Of a stretch of 64,000 bases of DNA, positions 36,598 through 51,000 are shown piece by piece (position 1 is the stretch's first letter; each line of letters begins with the position of its first letter). The stretch lies in NCBI GenBank assembly GCA_964016885.1, contig OZ024741.1, positions 13,144,001-13,208,000 on the forward strand, in the 5' to 3' direction. The notes below the pieces were generated by a model. It saw nothing but the letters and a program-made list of their open reading frames with translations, was not told the DNA's origin and did not search any database. Origin of the DNA: Eledone cirrhosa. Its lineage: Eukaryota. Both the position numbers and the translations under genes were made by a program.

Positions 36598-38053
36598 TAT
36601 ATATATATATATATATGTTATATAGTATATATATATATATCTGTTAGAACACGAAAAGTGTGAAACAACAGAATGTTCACTTTTCGTGTTCTAACATATA
36701 TGCCTAGCTTCTATAAAAAATTTTCGGGGATAGCCGTGGTGGTGGTGATCGTATGTCATTGGCTAATTTTCAACCAATCAGAGTACCTCTCTCTATATCT
36801 CTTCCACTGTTACTTACGCCTGTTTCTCTCTATCTGTTCCGTCTCTATATATATCTCTTACTCTTTCGCTTTGCACTCCTCCCCTTCAATACCATCTCTC
36901 CCCCTCTCTATATATTTGTTACTCTATCGCTGCACGCTCCTCTCCTTCAATATATCAATTACACACGCTTTACACTCCTTTATCCCCAGCGCCCCTATAT
37001 ATACACCCCCCCTCTCCCGCATCTATATTTTAATGTACCGTTGCACCGTGAATATATGTGTCTATATATATATACATATATATTGTATATACACATTCAT
37101 GAATGTGTATACACACTCATGTATGTATATACACTGGTTTTATGTGTGTATTGTAAATTTGTACTGTTAAAACACGAAACTAACATTCGATTGACACTTT
37201 GATTACCTGTACAGGCAATAGTTATTAGAATGCTGTTGAAGTGTGTATATATTTTGGGGGGACATCCTGTATATACACACATTATATATAATACAATAAA
37301 CAGATAAATACACACATATATATATGAGCTTATTTAATTATAAATATTGTGAATTTTTAACTCAGTTCAATTATATATATAAATGGCTTCTACAGGACTA
37401 GAACTGTTTCATTCGAAAGAAATCATCATAATATTGAGAGGGGGGACTAGATAAAATATTTCAAATCAAATGTGTATAAGTTATAAGTTAAAATGTATAA
37501 ATAGAGACGATAGTGGAGGTATATCTGTTTAGTGGAACAGTAGACGATAGAATTAAATACAGACGAGAATCTCCCTTTAATGAAACAGCAGACGATAGAA
37601 TTAAGGCAATTTAAATTTTAAGCATTTGCATTTTTGCCTTTCATCGTTACGGGGTCGATAAAATAAAGTACCAGTAATACACTGTCACTAGACGACTTTC
37701 AAATTGAATTGTTGGTTCCATTTCTTTAGTATTTTCAATTGTAGTTATCTACTTAAAAAGCGTTACACGGTTAGAGACATAATTCGTAAGTTATATCTTC
37801 CCTATTAAACCATTGCATTATTTCGCCTACAATAGAACAAAAATGAAATGTTCTTTAAAGAAACAGGAATATAACTTTATAAAAAAAAAAGTTGCATCCG
37901 CTTCTTTTATCATTGATAATTTTTTCGTTTTAATATTAATTGTTTTTTGTAGTTGTTTATATTAAAAATCTTACTGTAATATTTACTTAAACGAAGGCAA
38001 ACATCTAAACTTATAGATTAATCTTGAGCGAAGGACTAGATAAATCTCTCTCC

Positions 38054-38095
<42 letters not shown>

Positions 38096-38484
38096 GAAGA
38101 ATGATAAAATTTCAAGCAAAGAGTTTAATTAGGTATATTTTGTAATATTATTAACTAATTATTATAATTAACGCGCATATTTTGCTATCCTCAAACACGT
38201 TTACACATGGCATGAAATATAACTAATCCGAGATGGCTAGGTTTCATCTTCTAACTGGATATACGAAATCCATTATGTCTTGACAACAACATGAGGTAAC
38301 ATTATGTTATTCACAGACACACTTTGTACACTGTTCGATATCAGAATGTATTTCCTTCGTCACATTCACAAACAGTATTGAAAATATGTTCTTCGGCAAA
38401 TAAAAATGTTTTGTTCATAATATTTCAACTAGCGATTGCTCTACTCCACGCACGACCACCATAAATTAATGACCAGCTCAACAC

Positions 38485-38658
38485 AAGTATTGGTAGAGCG
38501 TCAGACACCATGCTTTGCAGTATTGTTATGGTCCTTTGCATTCTAAGTTCAAATCCTGCCGAGGTTAACTTCGACTTTCATACTTACTAATTCGATAAAA
38601 TAAAGTACCAGTAATGGACTGCCGTAATGGATTTGTGCCGAAAAATAGAAACACTATT
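38485..38658 (+). mobile_element. Degenerate Meta-core-like SINE (further fragments at 37634-37683 and 39811-39915)
   Basis: AAGTTCAAATCCTGCCGAGGTTAAC...GATAAAATAAAGTACCAGT. Confidence 0.75.
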
Positions 38659-39209
38659 AATGTGCAATAAGAGCAAAATATAACGACATTGCTCAATTAT
38701 TTTATCTAATGTTGTAATAACACAAGGAAATGTTGTTTGTGTATTTTTTTTTATATTTGCTCATAGGCTTTTACAATTTCGCTCAGCCAACAACTATTAA
38801 AAAGTGAGTTGCTTAAGATAACAATTTAATCACAAATTGTTGCTATCTTTTAATACACTCCAACAAGTCATCAAATTATGTACAATAAAAACAAATCTTA
38901 TTAATTTGCTCAGGGAATATAAAGAAAATGTATATACACTGATAATTGCAATTGTATGTAAATATTTTGTTTTTGTATTGTATATTTTATGTTTTCTATT
39001 ATGTATAATATATTGATTTAATATTGATTGTTTTTTGTAGTTGTTTATATTAAAAGTCTGAAAATATTTTTATACATCTTACACTAATATTTATAAGATA
39101 ATTTATAATAACAATTACATAATCTAATTACATTACAACGATAATTTATTATTAATATATATCCTGTTTAACTAGAGTTATTACAAGCGTTGCCTTAAAA
39201 AAATATTAA

Positions 39210-40283
39210 ACTAGACATGAAAAATGCGCAAGCTCAAAAGTGCCACAGAATGTTATAATAAACCTTCAAAAGTGTGGGACTAGAGTTGTTGCTAAAAAAT
39301 ATTGTAATCATTATATATCGTACATTCTGTGGCATCCTTTATAAAAATAGCTTAAACCAACGAAGCCTTTATTTTTACGCTATTTCACTTAGTTAATTCT
39401 TAGAGTGTAACATATAAAAATAAATACATCTATGTTTAATGTAATAACAGCTATAAATAATTACGTAATATTATTATCATATACTCATAGTAACAAAATA
39501 ATTGTGTTGAAACTTAATATGATGCTTATATGAACGATCAAATCTATAATGATAATTTCTTAAATATACTAATAGTAAAATAATTTAGTTATCTATTGTT
39601 ACATTTTCATAGAACTATAATATTAACAATCGTATTGCATTATCAAATTTTTATCACTACAAACTTTCATATTGGAATTACCTTAAGCCACTTATTATTA
39701 CTTCGCTTTCGTACTTTTACAGCTGTAGATATTGCGCTGTATCTTATATCTAATATCAATATCTCGTGGTAATTTGCATGAAGTGTAAAATAGGTTTATT
39801 AATAACTTTAATCCCGCCGAGGTTAACTTTGCCTTTCATCCTTACGGGGTCGATAAAATAAAGTACCAGTAATGTACTGGGTAATTTTCTGGCCTTGTGC
39901 CAATAGTAGAAACAATTAATAACTTTAATATGAAATGTATTATACAGGGCTGCGGAGTCGGCCAAAAATTGACTGGCTCCAACTCAGGATCCGATACTCC
40001 ATTATTTCCTAAATTTCAGCTCCGCAGCTCTGTTATTATATTAATTAATTTATTTTATAGTTGTAAATCATATTTTTATATGTTACACTCTAAGAATTAA
40101 CTAAGTGAAATAGCGTAAAAATAAAGGCTTCGTTGGTTTAAGCTATTTTTATAAAGGATGCCACAGAATGTACGATATATAATGATTACAATATTTTTTA
40201 GCAACAACTCTAGTCCCACACTTTTGAAGGTTTATTATAACATTCTGTGGCACTTTTGAGCTTGCGCATTTTTCATGTCTAGT
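39210..40283. repeat. 212-bp inverted repeat (39210-39421 / 40072-40283); possible MITE or fold-back element
   Basis: The arms appear to be exact reverse complements with ACTAG...CTAGT ends. Confidence 0.85.
39945..40032. mobile_element. 88-bp hAT-like MITE
   Basis: TIRs CAGGGCTGCGGAG / CTCCGCAGCTCTG; flanks GTATTATA / TTATTATA match at 7 of 8 bp, consistent with an 8-bp TSD. Confidence 0.7.
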
Positions 40284-40292
40284 ATATATATA

Positions 40293-40784
40293 TGTTATAC
40301 CATTTACGTGGTTTTGTCTTTGCGTGCAATTGTTCTCCACGTTCCACATATGACGTATTATCTTCGTTTTTTCCGTTCATTGCCAGAGAACGTCTCTATG
40401 CACCACCTAAGAGAACATTAGTCTACGACCTCTTTTATACCATAAACGTGGTTCTGTCTTTGCGCGTAATTGTTTTTCACCGCTCCAAATAATGACGTAT
40501 TATATTCGTTTTTTCCCGTTCTTTGCCAGCGAACGTTACCACGAACCCAAGTATCGTCTTCCTGTCTTCCTCCAGTTGCAACGTTTTTTGAAATATTCAC
40601 TTCCGCGTTCACAGATTGACTTTGTTAGTTTCAGAAGATCCCGTTAAGGGTGAAAGCAGCGATTCTTTGCTTAAACTTTAATCTGTTATTTTAATAAATA
40701 TTTGCTCTACGGTTCTTATATATTTGATATATATTTATCCTTATCGAGCCCTCTTTGGATTTTAGTCTTCAAATTTATTATTAT

Positions 40785-40785
<1 letters not shown>
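40293..40785 (+). mobile_element. Probable PLE terminal-repeat remnant with an imperfect ~140-bp tandem duplication and a degenerate hammerhead
   Basis: CAGAAGA-T-CCC-GTTAA-GGG-T-GAAA at ~40632-40655 followed by AATAAA; 40295-40395 resembles 40435-40537. Confidence 0.4.
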
Positions 40786-40881
<96 letters not shown>

Positions 40882-41518
40882 AGCGTGTATAAAATGTGAT
40901 GTTTGGTTGGTCAGTTGTTCATTATAGACTGACAGAATTTGTAGTAGCAACTGTTGGCCTGATGGGTCTTCCGTGAATTGGCGTAGATGTTGTAGTAGTC
41001 TGAAAAGATGAATGGAACTAATAGGACGGGAGACTGTCTCGGCTCGCTGGCCGAAAAGGCCGAAGTGAGTATCTGCTGGCATTTATATCGTTCTGGTTTT
41101 TGTCTCGGACTGAACCGAACTGTACATTGGACAGCCGAACTGAACACTGGACAGCCGAAAGCAGACTATTTATAAGGATTCTGTTGTTGACAAAACAGAT
41201 GGCCCTCGAAAACTATATTTTTCCAGACAGTTTGGTGACAACAGTCCCCAAAATAAAGGAAGTAAAATACGTCGGAACCAATACATAGAATATCGCTTGT
41301 CTATGAAGCCAGAGGTCTGTGTATGTGGTCATATGATTTGTTTCGCCAACCGGGTGGCAATAGTTTTCTGAGATTTCGCTATGGGATCTCCCTTCTTGGG
41401 CGAAAAGACTGATGTCACCTTTATAATTATACAAAATTAACAAAACAACGATTTAAATATGTGAAAAGAAACTAACGGGAGTCTCACAACACGTCTTTAT
41501 AAACCAACAGCCAATAAT

Positions 41519-41980
41519 CCTCGGTGGGATTTGAACTCAGACCGTAAAGAGCCGTAACTCTATGCTACAAAGCATGGCGTCCGACCCACTACCGATACTG
41601 CCAATCAACCGACCTTTATAATAATAATAATAATGATTTCTCATATAGACACAAGGCCAGAAATTTTGGGGTAGGAGAAAGTCGATTAAATCGACCCCAG
41701 TGCGTGACTGGTACTTTATTTTATAGACCCCGTAAGGATGAAAGGCAAAGTTAACCTCGGCGGGATTTGAACTCAGACCATAAAGAGCCGTAACTCTATG
41801 CTGCAAAGCATGGCGCCCGACCCTCTACCGATACTGCCAATCCACCGCCCTAATAATAATAATAATAATTGTTTCTACTTTAGGCACAAGGCCAGCAATT
41901 ACCCAGTGCATTACTGGTACTTTATTTTATCGACGCGTTAAGGATGAAAGGCAAAGTCAACCTCGGCGGGATTTGAACTC
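41519..41980 (-). mobile_element. Cluster of three Meta-core-like SINE copies (41519-41612, 41635-41850, 41869-41980) separated by (AAT)n
   Basis: Repeated CTCGGYGGGATTTGAACTCA and CTACCGATACTGCCAATC. Confidence 0.85.
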
Positions 41981-42268
41981 ACCGAGGTTGACTAATAATA
42001 ATAATAATAATAATAATAATGATTTCTTTATTAACCACAAACCACCATAAAGTAGACATTAAGGACAGTGCAGGACAATACAGGACGGTACAAATGGGCA
42101 TTTCTGCGTGTAAAAAACAAAAACAGAGGATGTAACAAAAAATAACAATGAAAAATTCCCCAATAGGGGGGAGACTTCGGAGGGACATTTGTGGAGAAAG
42201 CCCAGTAAAAGGCCACAATGACCCTGACCACCAAGGCAAGTGCCCCCTCCCAGTTTTCCACCTTTAAT

Positions 42269-45200
42269 TTACAGATATATACTCAGAGTAGGCCCATTCA
42301 CTCGGGCCATTCTTGCTTCTCTCACCCATCTTTCAACAAAATGCTGGGAAGAGAGCACTTCCCTCTCTACTCTGATTTTCCTTTTCAAATGAAATTTGAA
42401 AAAGTCAATCAGAGCATCACCGAAGAGGTAAGTGCTCGTCTTCAGCCCTTTCAAACGTGTCCACCATACTATCTCTTTCGCCATGGCCACCAGACAGATA
42501 AAAACTGCCTGCCCTTCCCGGCTAAAGGAGGAGGGCGGGGCAATCCTCACGATGGACTCAGATGATAGCCGGATCCGTCCTAAACGCGACAGCAGGTGTT
42601 CGACATAAACCCACAAGTCAGCAATTTTCGGACACTGGACGAGTGCGTGCAGGACGGTTTCGTCGCCCTGCGCGCATCTCGGACATGCCCGGCTGACGGC
42701 ACCTCCATGCCTGTAGAGTTTATCCCGAACTGGCAAGGCTCCTCGGTAGCACTGCCGGGCCAGAGATTTCTGGAAGTTGTCCATAGGCCCTGGCCCGAAA
42801 GTTCTTCCGAAGAGATTGGCTAGTTGATTTTCGTCGACGCCTAGATTTTCCCCAAGTACGTCGTCGCTCTTCCCCTCCACTAATCCTCTATAGAACGCCG
42901 AGGTGGAGTTTCCACCGATCACATTGCCCGATTGGTCGAGGGATGTGAGCGCCTGAAGACATTCCAGTCTCCAGGCGCTCCCTCTCGGTCTTCGCTTGAC
43001 CCAGGACTGCAGCTCCGTCAAGGAAACGAGCTGGGGAAATACGTGTCTAGCAAACGGCGACCACACCTGATCACCGTCGAGGAAGAGGTGGAGATGTCGT
43101 AGCCTGAGCGCGTGCCTGCGCATCATCAGCTACGGCATGCCCAGCCCTCCACGTAGCGGGTGTTGACAACAGATGGACCGCCTGACCATCGGAGCGCGTC
43201 CCTTCCACAAAAAGCGAAAGAGCAAACGCTCCAGCGCAGTCAGGCGGAGCTTAGGACAAGGTACGACGGTCAGGCGATAGTAGATGACGGATGCGATGTA
43301 CGCATTCGCCACCTCCGCTCGACCTTTCAGGGATAGCTTCCTCTCGGCCCATTTCTGGGTGAGAGAAGCCACCCTGCTCGTCACCTCGTCCCAGTTTTTG
43401 TCCGTCTGGAGGTCCGGACCGAACCAGACCCCTAGCAATTTAACCGGTCCGTCCGTCCAGCGTCCGACGACGCTGTTGGACGGCATGGACCTTCCTCTCC
43501 AGGTGCCGAGCTGCAGGCCCACTGATTTTTCCTGGTTGATCATTGCTCCTGTCACCGCTTCGTATTCTCTTAGTGTAGTGCCGATCGCCTCGATGAGTTT
43601 GGCGTTCGACACCACTACGGTGACATCATCCGCATATGCTGACACGGATCTTCCGCATCCTAGTTCGCGCGGGATGCCCCTCAACGTCTCCAGTTTGTGC
43701 AGTAATGGCTCGAGAGTCAATACGTACAAGAGGGACGAGAGGGGACATCCTTGGCGGACCGAGCGCATGATGTTGAACGGTTCCGACAGGTGACCGTTCA
43801 CTCTCACCACAGAGCAGATGTCACTGTGCATGGCAGCGATCCAGCCTCTGAAGACGGGCCCAAAGCAGCCCCCCTCAGGACTGCCGCTAGGTAACGATGG
43901 TCGACCCTATCGAAAGCTTTCGACTGATCTAAATTGATCAAGGACCCACCCGTGCCAGGTTCCCTAGCTACCCTCTCTACGATGTATCGCATGAGGTGGA
44001 GGTTGTCGTGGATGGATCTGTCGGGAATGGCGCATGTCTGCGCCTCTCCCACCAGACCACCAACGACAAGCGCCAACCTCTTTGCTAGCACCTTGGCCAA
44101 AATCTTGAACTCTGTGTTTAGCAGAGTTATGGGCCGGAAATTATCTATGTTATCCCCCTTGTTCGGATCCTTTCTCAGCAGTGCCACCGCTCCTCGGCTC
44201 ACAGAACTGGGAATTCTCCCGTTCTGTTGCCAGTTGCAGTAGACGTCCGCCAAGAGGCCTCCGAACAAGTCTGGCATCTGTACGTAAAGTTCATAGGGCA
44301 GACCATCCAAACCAGGCGATTTACCCCTTGTGCAGCCAGTCATTGCCTCCCTTACTTCAACTGCTGTTATCGGCTTTTCGCAACACTTCGCCTCAGTGGC
44401 CGAGAGCCGCGGCAGTCCGTCGAGGTAGACACTAAAGTCCATCCCTCGACCCGGCCCACCGCTGCCCCCGAACAGCTGAGCGAAGTGTCGCTGAAAAGCT
44501 TCACACATTTTCCCGGGATCGAGTAGCATGCGCCCGTCGTGGTCCACCAAAGACCGGATCGTGGCTTTGTTGCCACGACGCGCCTCCGCCACTCGGGCCA
44601 ATTGAACGGCTTTCGTCCCCTCGTGTCTGAGAGCACGCACCCTTGCTCTGACAACGCAGCCTTCGTGCTTTGCATTGAAGAATTGGTCAAGGGCCAATTT
44701 CGCCGCAAGCACGTCGGTCGCAATGCCTTTGCTAAGCGCCTCGTCTAATTTTCTAACTAGTTCTCCCTCTGCTCTATTTTTCTCTATTGCTAAAGCCTTA
44801 CTAAACCTAATGGATTCTATTCTAATCGCTCTTTTCAGAGCAAACCACCACTTGTTGTTGATGATGGTCCTCGTCAACGCCCGCTTAACTAGTTCGCTAA
44901 TCCGGTCTCTGTAGGCTTTGCGCGCTGGTAAGGACGCGTTTAGCTTCCAGTAGCCGGGTCCTCGTCTATGAAGCCTATCTAAGTCAAGCACACAGATCAC
45001 AAATTTGTGGTCCGTGTAGCTGACTATCTTGAATTGTGAACAGCCTATGCTAGACCTATCTATTTCCCTACAAAATACTCTATCTAGATATGATCTGGAT
45101 GACCCTATGCGATTTGTCCAAGTCCACATTGGCACATTCGGGAAACCAATCGGTACCTGTCAGACAGTTCAAAACGCCTGAGCAGGTTGGTGAGGCTCTT

Positions 45201-45686
45201 GCACCCTCCACCCCTATCCGCTAATCCCACACAGTCCCAGCGTGCATCTAAGATCCCGTTCCAGTCGCCCACTAACACTAAAGAGCGGGACGTTCCAAGA
45301 AAGATCTCCAGACGCCGGAAGAAATCAGGCCGCCCTGCTCCTGTCGGGGCATAGACGGCCACTAGCCTGAAAGCTTGCCCGTCTCCGCTGGTCACGTCCA
45401 GCACCACCAACTTACCCTCTGGGTCCAGGAAGATGGCCCGTATGGCGAGATCCAAACCTCTCCGAAAAAGCACAGCAACTCCTCCCCCCGATCCAGGACG
45501 GCTGGGAGATGCGTACACATCGTAGCCGCCGAAGATCGGTGCGAAGGCCCGTGCTTCGGAGATTCTGGTCTCGCTGATGGCCACTACATCTATGTTTAGT
45601 GACCTGAGGTCGTTGAGCAGGTAACCCTGCTTCCATGACGACCCCAAGCCACGCGCATTTATGCTGCCTATTCTGAGTGAGGTCAT
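42269..45686 (-). pseudogene. Tx1 ORF2 (APE-RT-zinc motif), two frameshifts and one stop
   Basis: ORFs 45105-45686, 43804-45135, 43130-43831 (SAYADDV) and 42269-43126 (CPRCAQGDETVLHALVQC). Confidence 0.93.
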
Positions 45687-45721
45687 GTTTAAAATAGAGT
45701 GGAAAAGATGGGAAAGACCAC

Positions 45722-47811
45722 TTACCGTACTTTTCGTAGAGGAGGGATGGTTTTTACATCCCTTTTCACTTGATCGTCTGGTGAAGGGACCGTTGAATCG
45801 TCCCTTCGGCTGGTTATCGGCTCTTCTATGAGTATGTCCGAATATACTCTTCGGTTGATAGTTCCTCCTAGGTCTCTGAAATCACCAACTGCGTTGGGGA
45901 ATTTCGTTTTAATGTTTGTGTATTGTTTCTGTGCTATTTTTAGCCGTCTTATGTTAGTTGGCGTTTTGATTGATGCTGGTATTATGTAGTCGTGTTGTGA
46001 AATGTCTGTGTGTTCAATTATGTAAGTCATTAGTTTCTTGTTGTGTGTATTTATTGCAGTGCATTTGTTTTTCTGGGGGTGGGGTGTGGTTCTGCTATTT
46101 TCTTGTCGTTTTTGCTGGGTGTGTGTGTTTTGTTGTTGTGTTTGCGATGTTGGTGCATGTGGTGGTGGTGTTGAAGGTGTTGTTGTTGTTGGCGGTGGCG
46201 TTTTCACCGGTGGTGATGGTGGTGCTAGTGTGGGTGGTGATGGTGTTGGTGGTGTTGCTGCTGTGAGTCTCTTTGCAGTAGACTTTACCCTTTTTTCATT
46301 TCTTTCCTCCCTTTTCAAAGGCCACGATGCGCTGCTTCTGCGTTTGTGCCTTCTTACGACCTTTTGCCATCCCTCTCCCACCTCACACTCCATGTCTGAT
46401 TCTGTGAGGTCGGGGAGGGGTACCAGCTCCACTCTTTCACTTGTTGTTGTTGGTGATGTTTGCACTGGAGTCTCTGTTGCAGCTGCATTTGGTATTGCTG
46501 TTGTTGTTGTTGTTAATACTTCCACTGCTGCTGCTGTTTTTGATTTCCGTGGCGTGGGTATGGGTGCCACGGACCTATCGTTCCTGGTTGCCGCTTGTCC
46601 TGTTGCTGGTAGCCGTGGAGCCGGTTTCGGAAGGAGGGGGTTTTTCTCCTTTCTCGGGGTCTTCTCGTTGCAGAAGGCCCTGAGGTGAGTCTTCGATCCA
46701 CAGCGAAAGCATTTCGGGCGTTTGCCCTCAACACTTATGGGCAGTTGAGTGCCGTTATCGAAGTCTATCACATCCGGGATAGCTTCGATGCACTCCTGGT
46801 TGGTTTGGATTAACATCTCAATGGAGGTACCGACCCAATCTTCTCTTACTTTTTTCTGTACTTGCAGTACAGTTGTTTTGTCCTCGATTCCGACGAGGAC
46901 AGACGCGGCCAGCCAAGAAGAGGCCATCCCGGGGGGGGGACGTGGGTCAGTTTGACCCTCACAATTTTTTGCCCGTAGTAGGAGGGCACCAACACCATTT
47001 CCTCGCTCCTTAGGGTCACTACGGATTGAGCCTTTGCCTCCTGGAGTGTGGCAAAAAGTACGTCTACGGTGGCATATTTCTTGCCTCGGGTGATGTGTGT
47101 TTTCCGCTGCCACACAGACCCCAAGGCTTTTTGTATTTGAGCCTCTGTGGCTCTTTCCACCCTACGGGATTTTGTACTTACTGTTGGGTTTCGAAAAATG
47201 TTTCCGCTGCCTTGCAGATTGCTCGGTGTCCAGTTTTTGTCACCATCTTCTTCGCTTCCTCTAATTCCTCATTTGTTATGGAGGATTTTTTCCAGGTTCT
47301 TCGCGATACCTGCAAACGAGATTGGTTTTTCTTTGCTGCTGTTGTTGTTGTTGTTGTCGTCAGAGCTGCTGTTACTTTTGTTGTTGCTGCAGGTACTACG
47401 ACTACTGCCGCCGCCGCTGTTGCTGTGGTTGTTGTTGTTGTTGCTGCTGCTAATGCTGTTGTTGTTTATGCTGCTGCTGATGCTGTTGCGGCTGCTACTG
47501 TTGTTTTCATTGTCACTGTTGCTGTTGTTATTACGGCTGCTACTGCTATTATTCCTGACGTCAGACGAATGAAATGGGTTTTCGTATTTCCCGCACACCT
47601 GTTTCGTCGTTGTCGTCGTTGTGGAGAAATCTTGCACGCTTTGCACGAGACTTTTCTTTTCTGTCGTCGCTTGCGAAAGAGAAGGAAGGGAGAGAGACAC
47701 ATTTAAAGAAGGGAGGGAGAGAGACAATCTTCTCTCTGCTGTAGTGACGATTGAGGAAGAAGAAGACGGAATGAGTGGGAGTGACCTATGAAAATTCTTT
47801 TTCGTAGCCAT
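45722..47811 (-). pseudogene. Tx1 ORF1 (zinc knuckle, Pro/Thr-rich tail), frameshifted
   Basis: ORFs 47269-47811, 46846-47160 and 45722-47113 (CFRCGSKTHLRAFC). Confidence 0.82.
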
Positions 47812-48031
47812 GTTGTTTTTTTTTTTTGTTTAAAATAAATATTGGGCACAAAACCCCAATAAGCAGTTATTTAACCCCGAAGGGCCAAATAACGGGCAGA
47901 AAGACCCCTTTCACGAGGAGGAGGGTGTTTTTGTCTACAAGTTGGTAAAAGTTTTAAACAATTTACAATTGTTATAGCGTTCAAAATTTACAATACCTTA
48001 CAGAGCCGAGCCTCCGTCAACCATAGCATTC

Positions 48032-48097
<66 letters not shown>

Positions 48098-48099
<2 letters not shown>

Positions 48100-51000
48100 T
48101 TTCATTTATTAGCCACCAGGGCCGACATGTAGGGGACAATACAAAGACAGGGACAGTGGGGGTTTACAATAAGGTGGAGTAAAAGTGCACAATGGCAAGA
48201 CTAATTTAACAATGAAAATATAAAAATATAAAATAAACTATGCATAAATATAACAAAATAAATTCCCCGATAGGGGGTGTACGACCCTGGGGTGCTTCAA
48301 GTACCCCACCAATCCTGAACCACCCTGCGCTTCTAGGGCACCCAGGGAGAGCACCCCTCTCCTCAAGTTAGCCAGCCTATAGGCGCATGGTCAGAGTAGG
48401 CCCATTCACACGAGCCATTCTCGCCACATTCACCCACCTTTTAGCAAATGTACTGGGGGGCAGCACTTCTCTCTCCACCCTCACCTTCCTTTCCAGGTGA
48501 AACTTGAAGAAGTTGATGAGGGATTGGCCGAAGAGAAAAGTGTCTGTCTTCAGTCCTTTCAACCTAGTCCACCATATAATCTCTTTCGCAACTGCCACCA
48601 GACAGAGGAAAGTTTCCTGCTATTCCTGACCTAAGGAAGGCGGTGGATCGATCTTCACTATGGACTCGGCCGATAGCCGGATTCGTTCCACACGCGACAG
48701 TAGCTGTTCGACATAACTCCACAAGTCAGTAATGCACGGACATTGGACAAGTGCGTGCAGAACGGTTTCGTCGTTCTGTGCGCATCTTGGGCAGGTCCGT
48801 CTGACAGCACTTCTGTGCCTGTAGAGTTTATCCCGAACCGGCAGTGCCCCCCCGGTAGCACTGCCAAGCGAGGGATTTCTGGAAATTGTCCATCGTCCCC
48901 GGCTCAAAAGTCCTCCGGTACAGACTGGTCAGTTCGACTTCGTCGAGGCCCAAAGCTTCTCCGAGTGCGTCATCGCACTTGCCCACCACTAATCCTCTAT
49001 AGAACTCGAGAGTGGAAGTTCCACTGATCGCATTGCCCGCTTGGTAGAGGGCAGTGAGTGCCTGGCAACATTCCAGGTGCCAGTCACCCAGTCTCGGTCT
49101 CTTCTTGACCCAGGACTGCAGCTCAGTCAAAGAAATGAGCTGCGGAAAGGCCCGTCTGATAAACGGCGACCACACCTGTTCACCGTTGAGGCAGAATATC
49201 TGGAGATGTCGCAGCCTCAACGCATGTCTGCGCATCATTAGCCACGGCATGCCCAGCCCTCCGCCAAGAGGGTGCTGGCAGCAGATGGACCGCCTCACCA
49301 ACGGAACTTGTCCCCTCCACAAGAATTTGAATAGGAGCCGTTCCAGCTTAACGAGGCGCGGATGGGGGCAAGGCACGACGGTCAGGCGGTAGTAGATGAC
49401 GGACGCGATGTACGCATTCTCCACCTCCGCGCGACCTTTCAGTGATAGCTTCCTCCCAGCCCATTTTTGGCTGAGACTGGCTACTCTGCTCGTTACCTCG
49501 TCCCAATTCTTTTCCACCTGGAGATCTGGTCCGAACCAAACCCCGAGCAACTTTACCGGTCCCTCCGTCCAGCGCCCCACGACGCTGTTGGACGGCATGG
49601 GCTTGCCTCTCCAGGTGCCGAGTTGCAAGCCCACCGACTTTTCCGGGTTAAGTTTGGCTCCTGTCAACCTTTCACATTCCTTCAATAAGGTGCCGACCAC
49701 CTCGATTTCTGAGGTGTTCGACACCATCACGGTGATGTCGTCCGCATAAGCCGACACCGCCCTTCCACGTCCCGGTTCGAGCGGGATGCCCTGCAAGAGC
49801 TCCAGCTTCCGCAGTAAAGGCCCGAGAGTCAATACGTACAGAAGGGAAGAGAGAGGGCACCCTTGACGGACCGATCGGGAGAGCCGAAATGGTTCCGAGA
49901 GGTGGCCATTAACCTTGACCACCGAGCTTATGTCGCTGTGCATTGCAACGATCCAGCTTCTAAAGACAGGGCCGAAGCCAGCTGCTTTGAGGACAAACTC
50001 CAGATACCGATGGTCGACCCTATCGAATGCTTTCGATTGATCTAAATTGATCAGTGCCCCACCGAAGCCAGGTTTACACTCTACCCTCTCTATGATGTAT
50101 CGCATGAGGTGGAGATTGTCGTGTATGGACCTGGCTGGGATTGCGTAAGTTTGCGCCTCCCCAACCAAATCCTCGACGACAAGCGCCAATCTCTTTGCTA
50201 ACACCTTGGCCAAAATCTTAAACTCTGTGTTGAGCAGAGTTATGGGCCTGAAGTTGTCTAATGTATCCCTCTTTTTCTCGTCTTTCCTTATCAGCGTCAC
50301 CACTCCCCTGCTCACAGAACTGGGAATACTCCCATTCTGCTGCCAGTTGCAGTAGAGTGCTTCGAGGAGTTCGGAGAACAAGTCTGGCATATTTGGGTAA
50401 AGCTCGTAGGGCTTGCCATCCAAACCGGGTTACTTGCGCCTCATGCAGCCGACAAGGGCGTCCTGAATTTCGGCTGAAGTAATCGGCCTTTCGCAGCGCT
50501 CAGCGTCGACCGTCGAGATGCGCGGCAAGCCGTCAAGGTAGGGACTGAAATCCGCTACTCTCTCTGACTCGCCACTCTCTCTGAACAACCGAGCAAAGTG
50601 CTGGCGAAAGGCCTCACACATCCGCTTGGAATCGCTTATCTCGTGTCCGTCTCGGTCCGCCAAAGACCGAATTGTGGTTTTATTACCACGCTGCGCCTCC
50701 GCCACGCGGGCCCATCAAACAGCTTTCGTTCCCTCGTTTCTCAGCGCACGCGCCTTAGCTCCGACAATGCAACCTTCGTGTTTGGCATTGAAGAAATGGT
50801 CAAATGCCATTCTCGCCGCTAGCACGTCAGTTGCAATGCCACTACAAATAGCCTCGTCTAACTTATCTACCAGCTCCCCCTCCTTTCTATTTTTCTCTAA
50901 CGCTAGTTCTTTGCTGAACTCTATCGAAGTTACTCTAATCTCTCTTTTGAGAGCCACCCACCATCTGTTGTTGATGATCCCCCCTGTCAACTTTTGCTTA

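Larger units (their letters stand above)
42021..48031 (-). mobile_element. Full-length Tx1-clade LINE copy 3 within (ATT)n
   Basis: ORF1 ~47811-45722 and ORF2 45686-42269 with few disruptions; ends AATAAAGAAATC followed by (ATT)n; (ATT)n also on the 5' side. Confidence 0.95.

Noticed and set aside
40878-41491. Solo LTR (TG start, TATA-like and AATAAA motifs, CA end)
   Set aside because: Single copy in the window, with no TSD, PBS or internal domain; plausible but unsupported.
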